Notes under the pieces: model-generated
Databases searched by the model: none
Seen by the model: only the letters and a program-made list of their open reading frames with translations
What the model was told of the DNA's origin: nothing
Shown here: one piece after another, positions 48,136 through 64,000 of the stretch
How positions within the stretch are numbered: position 1 is the first letter of the stretch
How the letters are laid out: each line of letters starts with the position of its first letter
From: Bugula neritina
Taxonomy: Eukaryota > Animalia > Bryozoa
Reading direction: 5' to 3'
Length of the DNA: 64,000 bases
NCBI GenBank assembly: GCA_964035545.1
Contig: OZ037768.1
Span: forward strand, 22,291,319-22,355,318
Translations under genes and position numbers: made by a program

Positions 48136-51100
48136 ATGGACACCTGTTCAGAAGATATGACATGTCAGTTTTGTCTCCAGCCATCTGATCAAATGGTGGA
48201 TCCCAGAAGACTTCCCTGTTATCACATGTTCTGTAAAACATGTCTATTAGAAGACTCAGCTAAAAGAGGGGTCATCATGTGCCCCGTTTGCCGACAAGAA
48301 TACACTGAGAATGTAGATTCTCTCCCAGTCATGGCTGAGGAGGCAGACCTGGTTTCTGTAGAAAAAGACACATGTACTACCTGTAAAGACCAGATAGTCA
48401 CAGGTTTCTGTGAGAAGTGCTCAGAGTTGGCTTGTATCCAACATTTAAAGGTAATTATTTTAAAACCATTCATTTAATCAACTTTGTATGTATTAACTGT
48501 AAGTGGGAAGTAATTACTATATATTTACTGTAAGTGTGGAGGAACCTGAAATGCTTTTTATAAAAAAGGTGAGGGTTTGTGGCTGAAATTAGTTTGCTGA
48601 GTTTTCCAGGATATGTGCTCTATTAACCTAATTTATAAATTACAGTCAACATTCAAGTGATGTAGTGAAGAAAATTCAATAACTCTGGTTCTTTAATTTT
48701 CTAATTAATTTATACTATGTTATATAATAAAACAGTTAGATTTATTCTAAGCTAAAAGACTAATCTTCTAACACTAGAAATTAATTTAAGTTGCTAATTC
48801 TTTGCTTCTATAAGTACACACTGTATTGTAGTCTTCCCTCGTTATAATATTTCGATACTCACTGTAGTGTCATGAGGAGTTGCTCCACTCTCTCATACCC
48901 ATTGAGTTATACAGAAAGAGACCATCACACTATAAGAAGGTACTGTGTGAGAATCACCACAAGGAAATAGTCATATCATGTGAGAAGTGTCCATTGCTGG
49001 CCTGTCCACAGTGTAACTTCAACACAAGTGAATGTACCGGAGGTAAAAAAGTCTTGTTTCAATTGTTTATTTTGGAATGTGGTAAAATATGTTTTATACT
49101 GATATTTGGTAATTTTATTATTTTCGTGTATTTTTAGAAGCACAATATTATTCCAGAGACCACAAAATTGTGTCGGTTGTCAACAAAAGTAGACGAGTTA
49201 AAGAGGAGGTGAAAAACTTATTAAAACAGGTTGCTGTTTGTGCAACTCAACTTGGAGAAGCTGAGAAAGTCATGTGGGTGAAGTTTGATGATTTAAATGA
49301 ATACATTGAAGGACTTGACCAGGGTTGGTATATGCTTGTATATTGCTCATCTTAAAATAACAAATATTATTGTGTTGGAGTTATCTTTCCTGTAATTCTA
49401 GTCTGTTCAATGTAGTAGATTGTCTCCTTGTTTTCTCTCTTTACTCATTTGTTTATTTTCTTTTCGCTTTTTTAACCTGTCCTAAAAGGTCAATAACAAA
49501 TTGATGATTAATACTTTCTATTGATGTTTTGTAAAATGTTTTGTATGACCATTTGATATTCTATTGTACATTAATTTGTTACTGTTAGCCCAATGTTACT
49601 GAATATCTAAGAAATCGTAAGGTTCATTCCTTTGCTGAAGTTGGTTTTATATGTAATTACACCAGTTTTGTTGTATATCTCAGATGCAGTTTATCCCAAC
49701 TTTACGGAGACCAATCAGACATATTCTGAAGAACAGCTGACTTTACTGGCAGCTGATATTGACAAACATGTTCAGAAACTGGAAAACAAGCAGAGTGAGT
49801 TGGAGGAGGTTCAGAAATCTACCAACTTGTTTCTGAATGAGTCACACGACACAGAAGTTGTACGTCTGCAACAAGAAAAGAAAGATCTTGTGAAGAAAGT
49901 CATGGAAGATGTTGATGAGATGGTAAAACCTTCCTTCGTAGAAGATAGTCTGAGGACAAGAGTTTCTTCAGGTTTGATTGTATCTAGCTGTTAGTATTGT
50001 ATCAATTTGAACAAAGCGATTTTTATTCAACTCTATTTATTTAAAGGTACTTTTGCGGCAGAGACGACTTGTATTAACTATTAATGAGAAGTTAACAGTT
50101 TATTAGGCAATGAGTATTCATCAAGCCAAATACAAAATTCATCATTTAAATTGAAGATGCTTCCAAAATTTTAAGACAGTACTCGATAGCCTACAATCCA
50201 CATCATATTTTTTCACAGAGCTCCAATGACAAATTTAGAAGAAAAGTAGTTAGCTATGTGTGTCATTTTTATATTTTATAGGACTTATTCCAGCGCCTTT
50301 CCAACCAAATTATGGATCACTTAGGCTTCTCTCCGAACTCAGCACTTTCAGCAAATGCTACTCTGTCGACTTCACTAAATATGGTGAACCGATAGTTGCA
50401 TGCAATTTTCGATTTTATGTGTACGATGAAAGGCTGGAGGAGTACGACAGTTTGAAAGCTAAATACTGCACTAGTGCCGTTGAGTATGGCAATGAGATTT
50501 TCTACTTAGATGAATGGAATGGCGGTAAAGTGAAAACGTGCTCCATAGAACTGGCTGATATACACTCATTATTCGATTTTGACATCATTGATGAGGATTT
50601 CTCTAGATTGTCTGTAAACAGAAGATATATTGCATTAACACGGGAATCAAATATGGCTCTTCTGGTGTTTGATAGAATTGCATTCTGCATAAAACATTGC
50701 AAACTGCAGTTTAAACCTGTTGACATTTGTTTCTATTTTGAGAGCAATATCCTGGTCGTCTCAAAAGCTGAAGGTTTAGTGGTGAATTATAAAGTTAACA
50801 ACTTTGACAACCTGGTAGAGTTATGGCGATACTACATTCATGGAGCTTGCAATGTGTGTACTGATGATAATGGCTATATCTTTGTTGGGAGCTCCGAGAA
50901 AAGAGTTATTCACGTGTTGTCACCTTTTGGTACGACATGAATGATAAGTACACCTATGAGTTGGTTAAGGATAATTTTAGTTTGGAGTTTATAAGAAGTC
51001 TTAAATAGTTGGTTCGTGTGTAATAAAAAAGATGTTCGCCTGCATTGCATTGCTTTTCAAGCTTAATGGCTTAGGTACATCGCATTGCTGTTATTGATAT

Positions 51101-51521
51101 GTGATTGGCTTAATTGACTGGTGCTTGCCACTGAACAGAAACTATAACCCGGGGTTATAGTTCAATGGTGCTTGCCTTAAAGATAACTAATATTTGCCGA
51201 ATGTGATGAAACCAGAAGTTGCTCTCACTGGCAAAACTACAACACAGTATTAAGATTTGATGTTTTGGTATAGAAATCGCTATTACTCATTAATTGATAT
51301 GACAATACAATGTAAACTCATGATGCTAATCATAGCAAGGGTTACAATGTTTTTTTATTGACCTACATTACAATTTTGTAGGAGAGTTGGTGGGTAGACT
51401 GTCTCATAGCCGTCTACCACAAACCCCTGGAGGAATGAGTATTTTTGATAACACAGTTGCCATTGCTGACCTTGATAACGGCTGTTTCCTGCTCTTTGAG
51501 TTCAGAAACAGGAACTGGTAA
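48136..51521 (+). CDS. TRIM-like E3 ubiquitin ligase (C3HC4 RING, two B-boxes, coiled coil, C-terminal NHL-like beta-propeller), ~583 aa
   Basis: Exons 48136-48450, 48868-49042, 49138-49323, 49684-49971, 50282-50929, 51382-51521; sum 1752 nt. RING CQFC...PCYHMFCKTC...CPVC; B-box1 CTTC...FCEKCSELACIQH..CH; B-box2 CENH...CEKCPLLACPQC...H; propeller-like repeats such as KPVDICF and NVCTDDNGYIFVG. Confidence 0.88.
51129..51167. mobile_element. 39-bp palindromic transposon remnant with 8-bp TSD (P-element-like footprint)
   Basis: GTGCTTGC | CACTGAACAGAAACTATAACCC-GGGGTTATAGTTCAATG | GTGCTTGC; CA...TG termini; TSD at 51121-51128 and 51168-51175. Confidence 0.65.
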
Positions 51522-52397
51522 ATCCGATCAGCTGGATTACCAGTGTGTAGAAAGCATGTCGAAACATCAAGAGGCTACAACATTGAGTTAACTCTGTCTC
51601 TATCAATTAACAGACTGAACTGTCAGCAATAATTTTTTGTTAGTTTGAACATCTACTGTTTATTATTCATAGAACTATTTGCTGACAAGAGTGTTAGCTG
51701 CTGGCCTATAGTGACAGTGTATTGGGGAGAGAAACTGTAAGGAGAGGTCTGAGATCACCACTTTTAATCTGGAACTTTGTGGCATTACCTGGTGTTACTC
51801 AGTGCTAATTGTTTTCATTACATAATTTGTATGTAAATACATTCCAGTTTGGATCTTTCCCTATTAGCAAATAAATTATTATGAAATTATCAAACAATTG
51901 TTATTACACAATGACATGGTATGCAACAATACAAAGTGTGTTGAGACTTAGTTTAGATGAGCAGTCAGCTGTTGAACAGCTTATAAGTTATATTTACTAC
52001 TCTGTGAGCTGATATTCCTTATTGATAATTAATTCCTTCCCTGGGAGCTGTTTCAGTGAGAAGTTGAAAAGTTTACAAGATCTGTTGAGAGAGAGAAGGT
52101 CCACTTCCAGTTGCTTGTATGTTGAATAAATTTAAACAGTAATTGTCAATTTGTTAGTAGCAGGCTATCCTATCTAATTTTGTATCTAGATTAATCGTGG
52201 TTAACATTTTATATTTCTGGTTTTGCTAATCCTAAACTGTCTAGAAACTTTTCTGTTTTCTAACTATCTATTTCATTCATCATTAGCTTTATTAAATTCC
52301 TCCTTTAAAAGCATTATCTTGGCCAAAGCATTGTAGATTTTGGGTGGTGATAGTACATTTTGACTACTTTTCACTGCTAGCTCTTGTTTTTAGGAGG

Positions 52398-56440
<4,043 letters not shown>

Positions 56441-58463
56441 TGCTTATATATAAACTCAAATAATCAAATACTACTGTAAGCAGCAAGATTGCATCCTGTC
56501 CCAATTTTTGTAGTAGAAAACTTTGAACACAGCAGTAAAAGATGTTTAACATAGTCAGTTTTCTGGCAGGTTGCTTAAGTAGCAATAAGACCTGTAGTGA
56601 AAAAATATGCTTTACTAGCCTCGATGTTGGCATGGTAAACAAAGAATTTGTAAAATATATATTTTGCCACCCAATGACAGTTATCATGTTGTTTGAAATA
56701 CTCATGTGCTGGAAGCAGATATGCAATGTTAGCTTTTCAAAGTACTAATTTTAATGCTGTAATGTGAGCTAGGAACAAGAGTGTTTAAAGATAATGAAAA
56801 ATTTTACAGCGAATGCTTTAAAACTAAAGGGCATACAGCTCACATAAAAAAATTAATTAAACAAATATAAAGAAGTACTAAATATTAGTTTTATGCAACT
56901 ATCAGTGAATAATTCTTTTAAGATGTTCAAATTATTGGAACTCACCATTTATGCAATTTATGTAACAGCCAAGATTAAACAAGTTTTATGCTAAAAAAAT
57001 TATAACAGAAAAATTTTAAAAACTTTTACATTTTGGAAACATTTAAGAGTGTGAAAGATTTTGTAAAAATATATAGGCACATTTTTATGCTTTCCATATT
57101 TACAGCATTGTGTGTTAATTTTCATTTCATTTCGTTTCAGGAACTAGGCTACAGAAAGCTATCTTTTCAAGGAAGCAAAGAAACCACCCAGTACAATGTT
57201 CAAGCAATTCAAGAATATTAAGATTTAAATTAATTCTGTAGTAATGAAACTATAATTCAAGCATCAAACTTAACATTGTAATATTCAAGGCTAAGTTATA
57301 TAATGTACAAACATACCTAATCTAAAAAAATAAACTGTTTTAAAACTCTAGATTGTTTTTGTCTGTGTTTCCATCTATGAACATTTATTTATTCTTAGTA
57401 TCTTTATTAATTATTCATATAATTTGAAGTCTTCAGAAATAAAGAAGTAGTACTCTTATGCTGCAAAATTAGGAACTAAAAATATAGCAATTATAGCAAA
57501 TATGTTAAATTAGTAATTAAAAGTTTTGAGCTTTGCAGAAATTATTTTTTGTATTTAAAACTTTTCAAGTTTGTGACCTAAATTAATTTTTTTATTTCAA
57601 AGTATTATAGTATAGTAGCTGTATCACTAAAGCATCATACAAGGTAGTGTGTATATATATATATATTCTTGGCTCTTCATTGGTCTTTGTTTTTCTTCAT
57701 GAATGTTCATTGCTGAAGGTAAATTTTAGTGATTAGCAGCCTGACATTAAAACTATAACTTTTACATAGAGCTTTCTATGTTGGATGCGTTTTCAACATG
57801 TTTTGGCTATTATAGTGCTTGGTGGTGAAAAGTTGCAATAGAAACAATGTATTATGCATGTAGGCTTGTAATATCTTGGTTATCAACGCTGTAAAACTTA
57901 AAACGTGTTTTTAGGTAAGATAACTCTATAGTGAAGCCCTTTTCAATTTCTGAAACTAATAATTAACAATGAGTAACAATAAGCTAGACTTGCCGACGCC
58001 TGCTTTTACCTGAGTGAGCAAAATTCATTATAGAGCCGACACATAAAGCGTCTTGCGCATCACCAAAACTCAATCCATGGCGTCAATCTGCATTCTGCAA
58101 CAGATACCTAAAGTTTAAAATGTCCATTCAATTAATTTCATTTTAACGTCTAATTAACAACAATGATGAATGAGGTAGTGTAATAACTGTAACTGTTGTA
58201 ACATTTCGAATAAAGCTACATACACTTCATTTCAAATCTCTGCTGTTGATTTCCTTTATTTTTGCTGAGAATTTAATAATCTGCAGCTTTTTGTTTGACC
58301 GCATATTGATATTGGTAATGATACATTTTCATGTGCTAAGAGACTACATAAACGTTCGTAATAACCATAATCATAAAGATAATGTTCGTTCTAATTTAGT
58401 TACACTAACCAAATCTTTGGTGACACTGACTGAAAGTAAGACTAAGAGTAAGTGAATGTCAAT

Positions 58464-58580
58464 GTAGTACTAGTACTAGTAGTACTAGTAGTAGTAGTAG
58501 TACTAGTAGTAGTAGTAGTACTAGTAGTACTAGTAGTAGTAGTAGTAGTAGTACTAGTAGTAGTACTAGTAGTACTAGTT
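58464..58580. repeat. (TAG/TAC)n simple repeat
   Basis: Visible directly. Confidence 0.9.
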
Positions 58581-59769
58581 GTAATTGTACTTGTAGACAA
58601 TCTTCAATAAAATTAAATTGTATTCAATTTCAGTGTCATATTGACTGCAAGTGCAATACTGATTGTTGTTTGAGTCGGCCGTTCAGATTGAGATTCAGAT
58701 TGTCATCGAGTATGAGTCATTATGATTATAATCATTATCATAAGACTTGGAGTTAGTGTTCCATTCTTTGATAGGGATTTCACTTTGACTTACACTTGGT
58801 TTTACTAGCAATACTATTAAGTGATAATAGCCAGTAGGATTACATTTACTATTAGTATTAGTATTACTATTAGCAATACTAATAGTAATAATAATACAAA
58901 TACTACCACATTACTATCAATATCACTATCAGTATCGTTATTAACTTTGAGTAACACTAGCAGTATCACTAACGTTAATAAGACTACCTCTAAGAGTAGG
59001 ACTAAGAGTGAGACTGGGTAACTCCAACTGCAAGGCTAAAAGTACTTGAACTATTACTATTAGTATTAGGTATATATAATTATATATATATACTTATACA
59101 GCTATACTTATAGTTATAGTTATTACTTGTTACCATTAGTACTTTTATTTCAATTTGTATTAGACTATTAGTATTAATATTACTTATGTTTGAAGTTCAT
59201 CTTGGCAGCTATAGTAAAACTTGATGTTGCTGTTATACTAATACTTATAATAATTGTAAACACTAAAAGTCCATGACGAAATCTTCGTCTTTGGTGTAAA
59301 ATCTCTATACCTAGACTAGACGTAATACTAATAATTTAAATTAATGTCTCACTCATTTATATTAGGTAATGTTATATGTAGGTACATCACTAAAAATTCA
59401 TTATTTTTTTATATATTTAATATAGATTTTCATGTAAAGTTCAATGTTAGTACACCATTTATTTTCATTTTGACAATCACAATCACAATGAATCTCTTTC
59501 TATTAAAATAAAATTTTCTTTAAAATATAACTCAAGTTATCATCACACATATATTTATAAGCATCTATTCTAAAATAATTAGAAATTTTAATTATTTTTA
59601 CTATTACAATTTGATTTGATAATTTGCTATATTTCTGGCTGAAGCTGGGGGTATTTATTAACCTGTGATGGAAAATATCATTAATTTTTGTTTTTGTTTT
59701 TTTGCTTTTAGTTATTTATGATTAATTTTTGTCAGGTCTAAAGACTAGTAGACTATAACTAGTTATAGA

Positions 59770-62700
59770 ATGGTAGTGTTTGTGGGCAGTGCTTTATTTA
59801 CTCATCTAATATCTTATGATACAGAAATCACCCACAGCAGCTTGGTCACGGCCTACCATACTAAGAGAAGGAGAAGAAATTCAATATGAAAAAGTGGAAG
59901 ACGACATCTGGGCTTGTCCTTTCTGCGATCCTGTCAAAAAGTTATTCACGTCTGCCGAGTCGGTAAAAGAGCACATCCATGTCGAACACTCCAAGAAGCA
60001 AGTTCTGCATAATGGTAATTATTTAATGTTAATCTATGTTTATTAGGTTTGGATCAAGGTGAATAGTTATGAGATATTGTATTAGCTTTTACAAATTTTC
60101 TGCTGCGTAAACTTTGCCATATATCTAGAGAGCTTGAGACATGCATAAGGCATAAGATTATGTGTGTTGAGATAGTAAACTATATGATACAGAAGGGTAA
60201 AGTGTTCCACAAATACATTAATAGAATCTAAATAATACACTACTAGCAGGGAGTTTTGTTTCCATACATTACAGAATGTAAATTTCCTAAAACAATTTAG
60301 TAATAGAAGAAAACTGGTGGTCACAGTGTTTCACACAATTTTAATCTAGTTGGTTTGAATCAGTGTATTGTAAGATTTCTAATAATAGAAGAACATTTTT
60401 AAGTTGTCTAAGACTTTCAAACAATCTTAACCAATCTAGGTTGGGTGATCTTCAAATGTAACCAGGCGTGTGGCGTGCTGCGAGACAGAAGTCACTATCA
60501 CTGCCCAACCTGCGACAAGGCCGTGATTAGTCGAGGTGACTTTGTGTTCCACCTGAAGGGCCATGACATGCAGAAGGGCACACAGGCGGCCCGTGGCAGG
60601 AAGAAGACTCTAGCCACGGTGATGAGCAACGAGGCCGGCCTACAGCACATCCAGGTATGTCATTTCATCAGCATTCCGCTTTGTCAGCACTAGTCTAGTA
60701 GCTTCCTGTCAGCATAGACATTCTGTGAAAGATTACTTGCACTGTGCTATTATTTCTGTCTAGTTGTTTAGCCACGCTTCACTGGTGGTTTCCCCAACCA
60801 TCCTGGCTCTGATAGATGATCAGCAGAAATTCTGGAATGAACTTCAGTTGAAAACCGGAATGACTTGTCTGAGAGATGGAGAGGAAGGCCAACAGTTCTG
60901 TGTTCTGCAAGGTTTTTGTCTGTTTACTGTATAATATGCACTGCAGATTCTGTTAACTGCATAATATTTTGCCTGTTTCCACTAACTGTCCATAGCTACA
61001 CTGAGCTGTAACCACTTAGAGCTGTAAAGGGAAAAGTTACACCTAGATTATAACTGACCTTATCTCGCATTTTCTTTGGTTCCTAAGATATTGTTTGCAA
61101 GGCAGTAAGAATTTCATCTCAATCATAGAAATAATGGAGGAGATGATATGACGAGTTGTTTCTACTTCTATACAGGGCAGTATGACAGTGTGATAAAAGC
61201 CAACACTTTCCTAGAGAAGTACGTGTTGAATAAACTGCATGATGAGGTGGCGGCTCAACTTCACAATGACAGTCTGTATGCAGGGAGTCAAGTCGCTGCC
61301 GCAGGTGAGTCTCTGCTGCCGGAACATTTTTTTTCTGTGTAGCTTTAAATCAAACGACTGCATACACGTAATGTAATACTCTGTAGTGACTGGTTTAACT
61401 AGACTCAACGCGATTGCATATATGTACTCTGTAGTCTGTACTAACTGGTCTAAAGAATCCCTGACACGCTTTATTTATGTAGTATTAAAATATTCATATA
61501 TATATATATTACCTTTTCATTTACATACTGTTTTAAGGTTGAATGCCTGAACAATTTTGTTTATGCACACAACCTTATAACAGTATGTAGATGAAAGCTT
61601 ATATATATATAAGAATATTTTAACACTGCATAAGTGAAGCGTGTCAGGGATTAATTAACTAGACGCATATGGTTGCATATTACGTAATGCAATACTCTGT
61701 ACCAGTTAGTTATACCTGCAGACAGTGAAGTCTCGCTGCCGAGTGCCTCTGCACAGAACTCGCAAGCAGACGAATCTCCTGATGTTAGAAAATCTGCGAG
61801 AAAGCGGAAACCCAACACCATGCTGGATGAGTACATAACTCCGAAGAGCGCTAAGCTGGAGCATGGAGTGAATCTGGCAGTAAGAGTTTGCTTGAGTACC
61901 AGTGTCTGTGTAGATTAGGACTGCTGACTTTCTACTCGGCAGCTTTCAGATATCACAGAATGCTGACTTTCAAAGTTGTGTTATTTATCAGACATGTGAT
62001 GTATCAGATGGTAGAGTTAGTATTGTATCAGACACGTGGTGTATCAGATGGTAGAGTTGGTATTATATCAGACATATGGTCTATCAGATGGTAGAGTTGG
62101 TATTATATCAGACATATGGTCTATCAGATGGTAGAGTTGGTATTGTATCAGACATGTGATCTATCAGATGGTAGAGTTGGTATTGTTGTAGTCTAGCAAT
62201 GCCGCTGCCGTGAGACAATCAACAGTCGCTCAGTCGCTGATGACGACTGTAGAGCAGGAGTGTCACATTACGCTGTCTAAGAATAACATCCAGAATGGTA
62301 GGTTTACTCTACACGAGTGTTTAGTTTCGCATCTTATTCATTATCTACTCATGGTTTTCAGGTCTGCGTGTCATGTTTATATTAAATTCTAAATTTTGTA
62401 TTGACCTAACATTAACATCACGATGAAATTACTCATAGTTTTTGTTTTACCTACTAGTTTAATGTTTTTATGGTAAATGCATTCGGAAACTAAGTAATTC
62501 TAGTTGGCCTGTTGGGTTTAGTTAGTTGTTAACAGTGAAAAGACTGCTATGTTGATATATAATTTGTTTGTCTCCTGTGTTTTCGACTAAAGAGCTGAAA
62601 CACAGCTGGTATCGCACTATAAATACATGATGTACTACATAGGGTTATAATGTTACTTGTTTCTGCATGCGTGTTGCTTAAGAATATAATATAGTTTTTA

Positions 62701-63006
62701 TTCTTCTACAAAAATAAAATTATTACAAATATACATCTTAGTATATGGATATGAGTAGATTGCTGTATAAATTTAATCATTTAGTTTGTTGTCTCACTTG
62801 ACAGCAAAGTAAAAGCAGTACTTAATTACTCAAGTATAACTCTGTTTTTTTCAAGTATACCTCTTTGTGTTCAGGTGAGTACCATCAGGTTCACCTTCTC
62901 TTCCCTCCTCCAATCATAACTCATCCTCCCCCTGAAGACCCGCCCTCTGACCTCAGCAACATTCCCACCTTAGAGGAGGACGACTCCCTTGAGCTTACTG
63001 ATGATG
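59770..63006 (+). CDS. Zinc-finger protein, 5' part (C2H2-like finger plus CX3C-X7-HYHC-X2C-X12-HX3H finger, basic NLS-like motif); probably continues beyond the window
   Basis: Exons 59770-59772 (ATG), 59825-60014, 60440-60654, 60764-60911, 61176-61304, 61722-61879, 62192-62297, 62875-63006 with consistent phases. WACPFC...KEHIHVEH; CNQAC...HYHCPTC...HLKGH; RKSARKRKP. Confidence 0.8.
61985..62188. repeat. ~40-bp tandem minisatellite (TATCAGACATATGGTCTATCAGATGGTAGAGTTGGTAT) ending at a splice acceptor
   Basis: 5 copies. Confidence 0.9.
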
Positions 63007-63196
63007 GTAAGACAACTTCTGGTCAGTGCTATGTGTTGCTATGGAAACAGAAAGCTTATCTTCTGTGTTGTGCTGCCTAAGTTCATACGCTGCTCACTAT
63101 GTATATAGTGTATATATATAATATGTGTATGCACACACATACATGCGCATACACAGTACAGTTTCATGTGGCAACGTTTCTGTGTATAGTTTCACT

Positions 63197-64000
63197 AGCA
63201 TGTGTAAGTAGGCTGAGAGTGTGACTGTTAGCATGTAGTAAGCTGAGAGTGAGACTGTTAGCATATAGTAAGCTGAGAGTGTGACTGTTAGCATATAGTA
63301 AGCTGAGAGTGTGACTGTTAGCATATAGTAAGCTGAGAGTGGGACTGTTGGTATATAGTAAGCTGAGAGTGAGACTGTTAGCATATAGTAAGCTGAGAGT
63401 GTGACTGTTAGTATATAGTAAGCTGAGAGTGAGACTGTTAGCATGTAGTAAGCTGAGAGTGAGACTGTTAGCATATAGTAAGCTGAGAGTGAGACTGTTA
63501 GCATATAGTAAGCTGAGAGTGTGACTGTTAGCATATAGTAAGCTGAGAGTGTGACTGTTAGCATATAGTAAGCTGAGAGTGTGACTGTTAGCATATAGTA
63601 AGCTGAGAGTGTGACTGTTAGCATGTAGTAAGCTGAGAGTGTGACTGTTAGCATATAGTAAGCTGAGAGTGTGACTGTTAGCATATAGTAAGCTGAGAGT
63701 GTGACTGTTAGCATATAGTAAGCTGAGAGTGTGACTGTTAGCATATAGTAAGCTGAGAGTGTGACTGTTAGTATATAGTAAGCTGAGAGTGAGACTGTTA
63801 GTATATAGTAAGCTGAGAGTGTGACTGTTAGTATATAGTAAGCTGAGAGTGTGACTGTTAGCATATAGTAAGCTGAGAGTGTTAGTATATAGTAAGCTGA
63901 GAGTGTGACTGTTAGCATATAGTAAGCTGAGAGTGTGACTGTTAGTATATAGTAAGCTGAGAGTGTGACTGTTAGCATATAGTAAGCTGAGAGTGTTAGT
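63197..64000. repeat. 30-bp tandem minisatellite (AGCTGAGAGTGTGACTGTTAGCATATAGTA), runs off the window
   Basis: About 27 near-identical copies; source of ORF 63097..63978. Confidence 0.96.

Noticed and set aside
63007-63080. Read-through ending ...LLCCAA* resembling a CaaX box
   Set aside because: A good donor G|GTAAGA at 63006/7 suggests this is intron; the gene probably continues past the window.
63097-63978. 293-aa ORF of LTVTLSAYYM repeats; also considered as a CRISPR-like array
   Set aside because: Translation of a 30-bp tandem repeat inside an intron. There are no unique spacers or cas genes and the context is eukaryotic.

Overview
AT-rich, intron-rich eukaryotic DNA from an invertebrate animal (taxon not determinable from the sequence; lophotrochozoan-like). 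Five spliced protein-coding loci were reconstructed by hand from GT-AG boundaries and codon phase. (1) A ~1,810-aa coiled-coil protein with 29 exons plus a candidate micro-exon, minus strand, 454-22434. (2) Head-to-head with it, a type II PKA regulatory subunit, 29697-43204. (3) A RING/B-box/coiled-coil/beta-propeller TRIM-like gene, 48136-51521. (4) A small signal peptide + single-Ig + hydrophobic-tail gene, 52398-56440. (5) The 5' part of a zinc-finger gene, from 59770. The window also has an intron-containing tRNA-Ile(UAU), a deleted pogo/Tigger-like transposon, three tRNA-derived SINE-like heads and many intronic minisatellites. The most notable observations are: a 2.2-kb foldback element with an 8-bp TSD that separates the Ig gene's signal-peptide exon from its splice donor; a 39-bp palindromic remnant shaped like a P-element excision footprint; heptad-sized exons in the coiled-coil gene; and a candidate alternative first exon giving a PKA-RII isoform without the D/D domain. 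All gene models are unvalidated by RNA data or database searches.
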